In this document: in pieces, positions 24,361-36,153 of the stretch
Layout of the letters: each line of letters opens with the position of its first letter
Numbering within the stretch: position 1 is the stretch's first letter
NCBI GenBank assembly: GCA_035084275.1
Contig: CM068749.1
Location: 20,584,001 to 20,648,000, forward strand
DNA: 64,000 nt
Reading direction: 5' to 3'
Origin: Hydrolagus colliei
Taxonomy: Eukaryota
Made by a program: the position numbers and the translations under genes
Notes under the pieces: generated by a model
Told to the model about the DNA's origin: nothing
Database searches by the model: none
Seen by the model: only the letters and a program-made list of their open reading frames with translations

Positions 24361-27254
24361 TGTACAAGTCACTTTTATATTAATCACACTGATGTCTACT
24401 CTCATGTTACTTTTATGTCTTCAACATTGACATTGGATATAGACTCATGCACCACATTTCATAATATAAGAAAGGAGCTCAGTGCAGTACATGATACCCT
24501 TTTTAGCTATAATCCAAGGTCACTTATGTGATTGGATTGTGAATCTCCAATATTTTCTTAACTGAAAATCAAAATCGCACTTTCCAGCCGTATCAACCAT
24601 CACAAAAAAACTGCTCCATCTTCTAGGTTGTCAGGGTGTTGCTGTAAGCAGGGAGCACTTTCAGACACCTGCCATGTGGGAAGTCTTATTAGCTGCACGT
24701 GCAGCAGGAAATTATGTAAGTGACAACCTGATGACCTGGATGTTGACAATTTTATCTTCTCTTTACAACACAAGGCCTAAGACATTGAACGCAGGCGACA
24801 ATGTTATAAAGGGGTTTCTCTGAGGTTATATTTGCTTACACCAATGTAGCTTTGGAGAGTCACATTGTATAGTTTTGAATATCCATCCCAGTCCTGATAC
24901 TTAATGTCCTGGTATGTTGCAACTATGCACCGTCTTATTGCTAACCCTGCAAGACATGTTAATTATGGAATCTGTGTGCGACATAAAATGTGAATTTGTA
25001 TAGCATGGCTTGCTCACTTGTTTGTTTTAGATGTGTACAGGATTTTGTGAAATTTGGTTATTTCCATTCATAAATTTACTATTTTTTCTCTGTCCTCCCC
25101 TCCTCTGATTCCTTAACCATTCCTTTCATTGAACTGCATGGGAGCTGTACGCCTGTTGCATGCGGAATGAGTGTAAACACGTTGTCTTAAAAGCTTATGT
25201 GAGCCAAGCTTTTGCAAATTGGTCCCAGCAAATTTTCCATGCTATGGGAACAAACTCCCCATTAACAGCTCATTATCTGAAAGCTTTTTTAAAAAAGTTA
25301 AAGCAAAAATCCAAGACTGATGTAGTCAGAATTCAATAGTCTGGAGATGTTCAGTTTGATAAACCGCCATCATGTTGAAACCATTTCCATTCCCATGAGC
25401 GGAGTTTTTCTCCGTATGTACTGACATAGTGACTAGTTGCTGCAGCAAAATATCCAGTCTGGAGAGTAACAAATAGGCTTTGTACACCAAACCAGGCAGT
25501 ATTACGGCCTTAACAAGATAAAAGTACAATTGGCAATATCATTGGGGAGACCTACAAATAAACTCAGGTTATGTAATTATAGGATGTAACTGAAGAGTGT
25601 TCACCTGTGTTGAACAGCATTTTTTGATGAAACCAGCTTCTAAACTCTTAAATTCTTAAACGATGTACGAACCACTTCCAATATCTTATCTACTACAGTT
25701 AGTATAACCAGCTATTAGATCTGTTGTTATTCAGGATAGAATAAATCGGAAGTTCATTTCTTAATTAGAGTTATCTTAGTGGGTTTGTGACATTAATATT
25801 TGAGTTTGTGGTTTTAATATTTTGCTGTCATAAGAATTCCAAATTGCAATCTTAGTAGTGGTTGTGAGGAAATCATGTTTGAGAATGTAGTTCCAACATT
25901 CCTCCCCAATGAAATAACTTTTGAAGCTTTTCTCATAATGATCCTTTTTTCTTGCATTGAAATTTTTGTTTCAACCTTCCAACTTTCTATAGCCAGGGAA
26001 GGGGCTGAATTTCTATTATGTGATTGGCCAGCAGTTGCATAGTTTATATGTGGTGAGAGATGCAGTCTGTTCTCACCTTGCAACTAGGGTAGAATTGTGC
26101 AAAAATGTGTTGCTAAGGCCTAAGAAAATGTAACTGTCAAGTTATGAGAGTTCAGTTGATGAATACTGTAAAAAAGGATCCTGGTACTTGCGGTCTGATT
26201 GACAGTCAAGTACTCCTGATTCCTTGAGCAACGACACTGCCCCTCACGTAACTAATTGCCGAATAGAAACAGGAAATTTTCTTCTTAGGAAAATCTATAC
26301 AAAAGAAATGTTAAAAGTAGTGATGCCAAGGGGAATTGTGTTCCAACAGATATTTGTTCCCACAATGATGATTTGATTGTGGGAATCATTAAAAGCATTT
26401 ATAGAAAATGCAAATACCGAACAGTTTTTTTTCATTAAGTGTTGGTTGAACACATTAAAATTCAGTAAATAATTTTGTATTATGTGTTTTTTTATTTTTT
26501 AAAATTGTTAAGACGTTCCCCTCTTTGGTTCTCAAGATGCTGACGGTTAGCAACAGATTGACTTAAAATCCATTTGTAAGATTATCAGAAATGCCTGTTG
26601 GGTTTGGGAATGTACATTATGCAGTAAGTTAGCTTTGTACTTTGGGGATGAACTGTACAGTACTGCTAATCATCATCATGTTTGAGTACTTGTATAAAAT
26701 TACCATGTAGTTTGGGTATTTTTTAGTACTCCGCAGTAGGATGAAGTTCATGTATACCATGACCTGTTGATATTAACTTGCTCGGTAGATAAGCTTCAAC
26801 AACCCACCACATACCAAAAACTCTATTTTCCCTTGGGATCTAGATTGTAATCCATTTCCCTCCTCGCCATACAAAAAACAGTAATTCAATTCAACTGGGC
26901 ATATCGTGAGACCTTTTTAATCAATTTAAAATATATATATATATATTCACTAAGCTAACTTCTAATTTAAACATCATACCAGATGGTGGTATTTTTTTCA
27001 GTTTTGCAGAAATTATGTTAAAATTAGAAAAGCAATATTACATTTTCAAGGGATTTTCAAATAATTTATTTTCTATTCATTTTAGCTGTGTTTATTATTT
27101 AAAGATTTAAATGAAGAGAACTCTCTAAAGTTAATATTAGTTTAGTAATCAACATTTAATTTGATACTGCAATTATGGCTTTATGTTTCTCCAAAAGATA
27201 TTACTGCAATTCTAATTTGAGAACTGGAGTTAATGTCATACTAATTTGCCCCAT

Positions 27255-27670
27255 ATAGATACATAGACATTTCGACACAGAAGGAGGCCATTCAGCCCAT
27301 CATGGGTGAGCCAGGTTAGCTCCTTACTGGAGCTATATCGTCTAATGTAATTTTCCTGCTGTTGCCTTTTTTATGTATGTTCTGTTTTTGCCAACTCCGT
27401 TCTAAATTATGCAATTAACTGTTTGAATAGATGCTTGTAGAAATGTTTTCCACATACTAATAACTGTAAAACAAAAGTCTTCCATCCGTTACTTTAAGCT
27501 GCTGATAATGAATTTGAATTTTCCCCCCATAGTTTCCAATTTAACCAGTGAAATAATCTTTCACTATTTACCATCTCAAACGCTCTCATAATACTTATAC
27601 ACTCTTTCATAATTATACCTTTCAATGAGCTTACAGATTGGGATAACCAGAAGTGAACACATCCATTGAA
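27255..27670 (-). mobile_element. Degenerate CR1 3' fragment
   Basis: catagacatttcgacacagaaggaggccattcagcccatc is the reverse complement of a CR1 terminus; downstream sequence is only weakly similar. Confidence 0.55.
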
Positions 27671-28084
27671 AATTCCAGTGGTATTCTAAGACGTTGAATT
27701 ACAAAAACACAAGCGGAAACATTTTAATCTTTCCCTTAAATTTGCCTCTTCATTGAATTTTGGGTTGAAAACCCATGCAGAGCAGAACCATTCTAAACAG
27801 GTTTCTCTTGTTTCTACCATATGTTGTTCGGAAACAACTGGCTCTGCTTCGCAGGAACACTATACTATGCCTCATGTAGTAAAAACCAAGCTGTTCTAAA
27901 CTCATTCTTGTAGATTTGACACATTGCACTCAGCATTTATGTGTATACATACATGTTAAGATGGTTGATTAATAACACTATTAGACAGGGCCATAAATTA
28001 AAAAATGAAACACTACTGTGCTACTGAATGATTGGACGCAGATTTGTGATGAGTTCTCCACATGGGAGCATTCTCGATTTTGGT

Positions 28085-28140
28085 AACAAAATTACATTTG
28101 TAATGCGCCTTTCACTTTGTGAGGACATCCCAAGGCATTT
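28085..28140 (-). mobile_element. L2-like LINE 3' tail
   Basis: aacaaaattacatttgtaatgcgcctttcactttgtgaggacatcccaaggca. Confidence 0.7.
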
Positions 28141-28519
28141 TCAATCAAACTATTGGGAGGTAATGGAGGATCGATAATTTTCCAGGAAAATATTGTAAAG
28201 ATCTATAAAAAGTTGTTTGGAGCCAAAAATAGGAAAGAGAACACACTAAAATCCTGTATCTAAATTGCTTTCTAAGGGTTAATCTTTTCACAAGTTGATA
28301 GGATAGTAAGTCTGCATTTTGACCCATTAATTATATGTTAAAATATTGGTTATGAATTTTGATTCAACTCACACCATTGGCAATCTGTTTTGTATCAGTG
28401 AAGCAGTTACAAATTGGCGTGGTGGGTGGGTGTGGCTTGTGCACCCTGCATGGTAATGGTTGAAACTGTTTTTTTAAAAAAAGTTTTGATGATTCTACCG
28501 GCAATATCTTCCCTTTCAG

Positions 28520-28789
28520 TGCGGCGTGTTCCCCCGCGGTTCTCTATCCCACCTACTAGCCATGAAGTGATGCCTGGGGGCAGCGTGAACCTCACCTGTG
28601 TAGCTGTGGGGTCACCTATGCCCTATTTGAAGTGGGTGTCAGGAGCAACAGAACTGACACTGGAAGAGGACATGCCTATCGGACGAAATGTTTTGGAGCT
28701 CACGAACATCAGGGAATCGAAGAACTACACCTGTGTTGCCATGTCTTCACTGGGTGTTATAGAATCAACAGCTCTAATAACAGTTAAAG
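28520..28789 (+). CDS. PTPRF: PTPRF exon, Ig3 ([12 protein letters not shown]...[16 protein letters not shown]...[22 protein letters not shown])
   Basis: ctttcag|TGCGG ... AAAG|gtaaac; 270 nt, phase 1-1; within ORF 28414..28830. Confidence 0.96.
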
Positions 28790-28899
28790 GTAAACTGGGA
28801 ATATTGAGAACTCTGACCTCTTTTGATTAGGCAGTCAATCTTGCTTTGTGGAGGGTAGGTACTCTTATCTCTTACCACTCAAAGGGCTCCATTGACTGA

Positions 28900-29325
28900 T
28901 CCTGCATTGAAAGGTAGGAAAAGAGATGGGTGCGATGCAGAGGTTATTTAGAAAGAGAGTTCTAGATGGCAGTGACAAAGCGGCTAAAAGCTTGCTTCAT
29001 AATGGTGGGGTAAAGGAAGGAAGGATTTGAATCAAACCTTAGTTAGCTAAACAAAGAAGTGGGTGGGTGAGCAGGACTCAAGATCAATGTGCAAGTGGGT
29101 GGAGGCATTTAAAGTGCCTTAGGACATCCGTCCAATGTGAAAGGCGCTCTATAAATGTAATTTTGTTGTTGTAAAAGTTAGAACAAGGATCTTGAAGTTA
29201 TATTTCCTGGGGAATAAGAAACTATTCGCGCCTGGTCAAGAATGAGATGACATTTTTTAAAGAGATCTGAGGGATGAACAAACACCGAGATGACGGGCTG
29301 GTCTGAATTGGAGTGAGGGAGGTTG
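28900..29325 (-). mobile_element. Degenerate L2 ORF2 C-terminal fragment interrupted by an opposite-strand L2 tail (about 29113-29171)
   Basis: Minus strand gives RHLGV, FKILVLTF|KCLH, AFSR and NSL remnants of the L2 ORF2 C-terminus. The insert gtgaaaggcgctctataaatgtaattttgttgttg is on the + strand. Confidence 0.7.
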
Positions 29326-29399
29326 TTAAAATAAGAACCAATAATATATTTGTGGTGTGCTTTTTGATTATACTAATTTCAATTGTTTCCATGTTCCAG

Positions 29400-29981
29400 C
29401 CTTGCCAAAGCCTCCTACTATGATCACTGTCACGGAGACCACTGCTACCAGTGTTACATTGACCTGGGAAACGGGGAACACGGAAATGAATCCATACTAT
29501 GTGATTCAATACAAACCAAAATCCTCAGATGGATCCTTTCAGGAGGTGGATGGAGTTGCGACGACACGGTACAGCATTGGAGGACTCAGCCCATACTCAG
29601 AATATGAATTCCAAGTCATCGAAGTGAACAATATTGGCCGGGGTCCTCCCAGTGAATTAGTAGAAACCCGGACAGGAGAGCAGGCCCCATCCAGCCCACC
29701 CATAAAGGTCCAGGGACGCATGCTGAGTGCTAGCACTATGTTAATCCAATGGGAGGAGCCAGAAGAACCCAATGGACAGATTCGGGGTTATCGGGTGTAT
29801 TATACTACAGATTCCAGTTTGCCCATGAATATGTGGCAGAAACACAATTTGGATGACAGTCTTCTCACAACTATTGGCAGCTTGATCACGGGAACTACAT
29901 ACAGCATCAGGATGTTAGCCTTCACTTCAGTGGGAGATGGACCACCGTCTGAAATTATAAAAGTTAAAACGCAGCAGGGAG
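29400..29981 (+). CDS. PTPRF: PTPRF exon, FNIII repeats 1 and 2 (ALPKPP...KTQQG)
   Basis: gttccag|CCTTG ... GGAG|gtaagt; 582 nt, phase 1-1; within ORF 29357..30055. Confidence 0.96.
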
Positions 29982-31228
29982 GTAAGTGCAAAAGTTTTCT
30001 CTTGTTTAGTTTCATTAAGAAAAATTTACTTTTCAAACTGATTGGAAGTCTATAGTTATTCTGCTCCTGTGCAAACTGAGTTTAGTCTACCCCTTCCATT
30101 TAAAAATACAGTAATCAGTCAAGGGGGAATTGTGTCGTGTTGCTTTCACCCCTGGGAATCAGATGCAGCTCAGAATGGTGATGTAACTTTTCTATTACTG
30201 ATAAGTCACAGAACTCCACGGTGAAATCAATAAGATTTGTTGATCTTTTGCAACTTGTCAGTAGTCGTCACTTCCCAAAAGTGGTCATTATTATAAATTA
30301 TTATTGGGTGTGCATTGTGAAATGCCACACTGTCAATTATTGGGTGAGTTAAAAATGATTGCACGTAGTCTAGGTAGAGCTCTAAATTGCACTTAGCTTT
30401 AGCTACAGGTAATCAACTTATTTATGGCTGTGTATTTCTAAATTTCTTTGCTCCACTGAGAGCTGTACTAAGGTTTCTTGGGCACCAGCAGCCCTCGATT
30501 ATCTTAACAAAGTGATCATTCTCTGTGAGGGATCATACACCGGCAGCTGTTCAACCACAAAGGACATCACTGCCAAGCTTGATCTTTCTCTCACCTGAGA
30601 TTAGCACAATTACACTTTTCATCACAGGTTACAGTTTAAGCAAGCAGCAGCAGGAACTTCAAGCTGCTTTTATCCTATCCTTAGATCAGAGGTACAGATG
30701 CTCGTTTTAGTCTAGTGGTCCAGCTAAGGCAAGAATGACTGGGATTATGGGAAGGCTAGAGCATATACAATGATGGCAGTGGAAATTGTTATGTAAGGGT
30801 AAAATGACCAAGTGGGCAAGAGGAAGACAAAATCAAGTTAATTTTCAAACTGAGTGGTAATATCTTTTTCTCAATTTCAATATCCTTATTATCCCTTTAT
30901 CAAAAGTAACATTTACAGCTTCACGAAGGGAGAAATAACATGGTCTCAATACAGTAGAATCCCATAGTAATATGGTTGTGGGGGCGGGGGGCATAAAGGT
31001 ACCTGCGCATTGTTGCCATCAAACCAGATTTATTACTTTCCTGAAATACAGTTTGAAAAAGATTGTGAGGATTTCAAGACTTTATGTTGGATGAGCCTTT
31101 GCAACCAGTGAAATGTAGCTTTTACACAAATACTAAGAGATTGAATATCGAATTTTCCTTATACAGTAGTTGGACAATCTGCAGTTCTTGTATCAGGTGA
31201 TTACCTACTTTGAATTCTTCCCATACAG

Positions 31229-31362
31229 TTCCTGCTCAGCCTGCTGAGTTCCTAGCTGAAGCAGAGTCTGATACCAGCATTTCACTTTCTTGGTTTCTGC
31301 GTCAACAAGAGAAGATTACCAAATATGAACTGATCTACTCTGAAGAGATTAATGGAAACGAG
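31229..31362 (+). CDS. PTPRF: PTPRF exon, FNIII-3 first half (VPAQPAEFLAEAESDTSISLSW...NGNE)
   Basis: catacag|TTCCT ... CGAG|gtacac; 134 nt, phase 1-0. Confidence 0.93.
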
Positions 31363-31648
31363 GTACACGTGACTCTAAGTCTATGGGGAGGGAACAAAGG
31401 GCTATGTAAGATTCTGATCACATTAATCACTGATGGTACACTGAGATACCATAATGTGTGAAAGGGTATGATACAAATGCAACTTGTTATTGAAGTTTGA
31501 ATAATTCCACTTCTGAGAGAGGCAGGGTTGTCGAAGCCCGTTTAAAACAAAATGGGGGCTGAAAGTGAAATAATCATTCCAGTTTATGACTGGGTATGAA
31601 AGTTTAATCCTGATAATCTCAGTACAACGAGCAACACAGTTGGCAATT

Positions 31649-32007
31649 TGGCTCTGTTGGTAGCATTCTTTAACTCTTGAGTCAGAAGGTTGCGAGTTCA
31701 ACTCCTATATTGGGATTTGAGGTTATAGTCCATACTGACACTGTGGGAGCGCTTGATTGTCAGATAATATAATACATATATGATATACTATAATCAAGAA
31801 GATGTGAAAAGCTATTTATCAAATGCAGGGATTATTACTATTACAATTTACAACTTCTACATTGGGAGGACAGTGGGTGTTAAAATTTCCATTGCACTAT
31901 TCAAAAAGAGAGTCTCTTCTGGTATCATGGCCAACAATCCTCCAGCAAAATTGGACATTCACTTAATTGCGGTTTGTAGGACACAAACTCAGCACAAAAT
32001 GGCTGCC
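31649..32007 (+). mobile_element. Old Deu-domain SINE (SacSINE1-like) with a younger SINE tail nested at about 31796-31844
   Basis: tggctctgttggtagcattc...tgagtcagaaggttgcgagttcaa head; aaaatttccattgcactattcaaaaagagag...ggtatcatggccaaca central part; ...cacaaaatggctgcc. The family name comes from a recalled consensus, not a search. Confidence 0.65.
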
Positions 32008-32278
32008 AGATGAGATATGAATTTATTTTTCTACCAAACTCCTTTTGGGGTCCCAGGTTCATGTCATTCAGTATTATTTTTGAAAGATCTATTATTCCTT
32101 TGTCATGCAGTTGATCTGGTTACAACTTTAACTGCAGAGTGGTGATTGAGTAGTATGCAAGTCCCTATCTCCTTCAGATCACACACATTTTTTGTTTAAT
32201 TTGACTTATTCATGAGTGTAGTGTAATATTAAAATTAATTGATCAAAAAATAATCCTTCAAAATTGTATCATTTATAG

Positions 32279-32423
32279 GAATCAGTGACCTTTGACCCCA
32301 CATCTTCATACACTGTGGAAGGCCTGAAGCCAGATAAAATGTATTACTTCCGTTTGGCAGCACGCTCAGAACATGGATCAGGAGCGTTCACACAAACCAT
32401 CTCCACAAAAACCATGCAATCCA
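32279..32423 (+). CDS. PTPRF: PTPRF exon, FNIII-3 second half (ESVTFDPTSSYTVEGLKPDKMYYFRLAARSEHGSGAFTQTISTKTMQS)
   Basis: atttatag|GAATCA ... TCCA|gtaagt; 145 nt, phase 0-1. Confidence 0.94.
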
Positions 32424-32474
32424 GTAAGTATTTCATTCTCCACCGTGGGTGCCAATAGTTATCAAAATATATCC

Positions 32475-32535
32475 CAACAACAACAAAATTACATTTGTAT
32501 AGCGCCTTTTATGTCGGGCGGATATCCCAAGGTAT
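32475..32535 (-). mobile_element. L2-like LINE 3' tail
   Basis: caacaacaacaaaattacatttgtatagcgccttttatgtcgggcggatatcccaagg; another shorter copy at about 32930-32960. Confidence 0.72.
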
Positions 32536-33024
32536 TGATCCTAGCAACAGAATGAAGTTTCGAGTTTGTAAGGTGATACTGAAAATACCTGGTTGGTGAT
32601 GGTTACATAGCAGTAATGAAAGTAATTAAGTGGCATTTTAAGTCATTCTAATCCAAGATTGTTATTTCATCCAACAATTAAATTTATTATTTCACTTCTT
32701 TTTGAAAAAAATACACAGTTTGCTTTTTGCCATTTGAGTGCAAGTCTTCAGACAATTTTTTTTAGCCATTTAAGTTTGGGTATCCGGCCACTTAGTCGTC
32801 TCTGATGAAACAGCTATAATTGTGTAATCACAGAGAAAGGTGAGGTGAATATTCTATTGCAATATAAAGTGTGTTTATTTTTTGTATGGTAGTTGTCGGT
32901 TTTTACATTTTTCTGCATTTCTTCTGCAGACAACATCAACAACAAAATTACATTTGTAAAATGTAATAAGACTTGTTGACATTCAACTGTAGAAAGTTAG
33001 CTCTCATCTAGGACTTGATGTACC

Positions 33025-33230
33025 ACAGGAACAAGGGGATAGGCCGAGGGGAGACTGGGAGATGAGAGCCACACCGCCACCACAGCGGTTGGGCTGTGGG
33101 GTTTGATAAAAGGTGGTGTGGCTTCGATCAGGTGGAAGGTGTTGCCTGGGGTGATCCTGGATATCAATGTTTTCCTCAATTATGAGGTTGTGGATTGTAA
33201 GCGACTTGTTCGAGAGTGAGCGGATATTTT
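33025..33230 (-). mobile_element. L2/CR1-clade LINE ORF2 AP-endonuclease fragment
   Basis: Minus strand reads NIRSLSNKSLTIHNLIIEENIDI...(frameshifts)...NRCGGGVALIS, matching the APE N-terminal motifs N-x-R-S-L and GGGVA. Confidence 0.8.
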
Positions 33231-35642
33231 ATGAACCAATTTTGTTGATGGGTATCTTGAAAGAGAATCTGTTCAGAGTGAAATTGCTGTATATTCATGG
33301 CATAGACTACTGTATTAAGGATTCAAGGTCTGTACTTTGTATAAGAATGTTATTAGCAGAACGTTTGTTTCACCAGTATTCCTTATTCACATTTATTGAC
33401 CTGCTCAGGTGTTAGTCATCCTCAGCGACATGTTTCTTTGAAAGACTTGATGTCTAAAGACAACATACATTTTGTGATTTCATAAGTGGCTTTAGAGTGT
33501 TCACTGTTAGGGTAGTAAATTTGTGCAACCTTTTTGGGTCAAACAATTTACAGGGAATTAGATTGTATTTTAATTTGAGCTAATTACAGTTTGGGTCTGC
33601 GTGACATGGAAGACAAAATTGACATCCAACGCAGGAACACAATGAAATGAATCTGTGCAAAATGGTAAATGAGTTTCTATTTTTTTTAAAAAAGGAATCA
33701 TACATTACCCATATCTGTACATTTATTTCTATTGACATAGAAATTATAGGTTCCAACATAGACATAAGTAGCTTGTGGTACCTCTCTGAATGTTTGCGTA
33801 AGATTTGCTTCACTATGGGAATACCTTTTTGTCAATTTAGTCTTAAGTATCAAAGATGCTCGGTGCTGTTACACGAATCATGGTTTATCACACATCGGGT
33901 TACAAGTTCAGCTACTCTTTGTCATAATTTGTCAGGCTAAATGGAGCATTTTCGTGACACTATATGTACAGCTTAAGATCACAAGTGTGATTGTTTTAAA
34001 TCACCACAAAGCTAATCCAGTCAACCTGATAAACTGTTGTGATATCACTACACCTGATAATGGAATCTGCAGCTTGCAGTTGCAAGTTTGATTAACCCAT
34101 ATTGAATTTGATCAATTTGTAAAGGCATTGGGGCAGTGCTGCTTGCAGGTTCTCAATGTATATCCAGCATCTTTGCTATTACATGGCTGATTGTCTACAC
34201 TTGCTAAATTTGTTCGTCTTAATGGAGCGTTGTGATGGTATTTTTAATCTTTTCGATTTCTGAGGTTGCAAATTCAAAAAGGAGTCCTTGTGACGGCATT
34301 TTTCCCTTTTCAGCTAGTTATGTTACATTTGCTGTTTTCTCAGAAGCCTTCTACAATATCCTATTTGTCTCATTTTCAAAACTAATTGTAGATTTTGCAA
34401 TCTCAGTCCCTATTGGAATTATGTTTGAGTCAAAGGTATGTTTGACTTGCATACCTTTTGTGATTTAAAAGCAAATAAAGCGTGTAATTTTCAAGAAGCT
34501 TTCACATATGGTTAAAAGCAATCTCACTTAGGTTGTGCTGAGGTGGATTGGAGGAAAGTTTGGGGATAGAATTGCTAATGCAGGGCTGCATCTTGCACTC
34601 CGTGAGTAAAGTGTGATTCTGTCAAGATTTATGGCTTTTCAGAATAGTTGCCCATTCAACATAATTGGACATTCCACAAATATCAAGAGTATGTTACTTT
34701 GAACCGCTGGAGTGTGTTTCTATCCAGAATTTTTGTGATCTTGAGTTATAGAAATGTATCATTTTCCAAACAATACAGAGTGAACTCTCCCAGACTTTCA
34801 TTTTTCTACCTTGTTGCATCTAAAAAAAAGTCCACTAACCTTTTATTGCCACTCACAATGGTCGCAAAATATTTGTTCATTCAATATCCAGACAATGGGT
34901 TGGTTGAGTTTTTTTTAATGAAGTTGTCACTTGTGTCACTTTGCCTCAAATGCAATTGGAAAGCTTGGATCTGTACGTTCAAAATTTTGACTCTGGCAAG
35001 GTAAAAAAGCAATGAGCAATGCAGTTGCAGGAAACCAAGGCTTGTTTCCAAGCCTCACTTCAGAATCAGTGAGCAGTCCTCATAGGAAGGCCAGCCATTC
35101 CATTCAGTTTTTATTTTCCATTTTCATACCAATATCATCCCTTAGCTTGATGATCCTTTTATTTAAAAAGTACAGTGCTTTTGCTTAAATACTCAGTGAA
35201 TGTACATTATAGGGCTGGAGTTTTTTTTAAAGTGGATGAATAATGACAAAGGAAGCCAAATTCTATCAGCCCAGGTTAACAACAATATAATTTATATAAT
35301 CTGAAATCCATGATATCAAATAATTTTAATTATTATCAATAGGCATATTGGCCCTGTTTGAAGCTTGTAACAAAAAAAAGTTGAATACGTAAATTCTAAA
35401 TTTTCATCTATCAATGAACTGAAACATGCTACTGTATGCACATTATAAGTAAATTATCGCTCTAATTTTGAAAATGGTTCAAAGTAATTCACGGTGCAAT
35501 CTGTAGAATTTAAGGTAGGTGATTTGCATGAATACTTAACATTGGCTTTGTATTCTTTCGGCATTGCTTTTCTGTATTATTTCAACATTGATTTCCTATA
35601 TTCTTTACCCTTCCATGATATGATTTGAATGTAAACATGCAT

Positions 35643-35682
35643 GTCTGAATATAGTGTCCTCAGTCTGAATATAGTGTCCTCA
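35643..35682. repeat. Perfect 20-bp tandem duplication gtctgaatatagtgtcctca x2
   Basis: Seen directly, 165 nt upstream of the FNIII-4 exon acceptor. Confidence 0.9.
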
Positions 35683-35847
35683 AAATTCAATAGGTGTGAA
35701 CTGTTTTTTGTTTTAAAAATGGATTGGATTTTAATATGCATTCTTTTTCTGTTGCCTTGCATGAACTTTTCTTCCCACATTTGTAAATCGGTCGTTTGCC
35801 ATCTTTTTTCATTCATTACCATTCATCCTCCTCCGTTTATCCACTAG

Positions 35848-36153
35848 CCCCCTCCGCCCCACCTCAGGATGTCCAGGGAACCACGTTAAGCTCTACTAGC
35901 ATTCGGGTAAGTTGGCAACCACCGCCAGCAAACAGTCAGAATGGAGTTATTACCAAATACTCCATTATATACCAAGTGGTGGATAGCGAGGACAATGCGA
36001 AACACGTTGTGGACAACATTGAGGCAGATGCAACCAGTTGCCTAGTTGAGGGTCTCGAGAAATGGACCAAGTATCGTGTCTGGGTAAGGGCTCACACCAA
36101 TGTTGGACCAGGACCGAAGAGTACACCTGTGAATATCCGTACAGATGAGGACG
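35848..36153 (+). CDS. PTPRF: PTPRF exon, FNIII-4 (TPSAPPQDV...RTDED)
   Basis: ccactag|CCCCC ... GACG|gtaggt; 306 nt, phase 1-1; within ORF 35796..36299. Confidence 0.95.
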
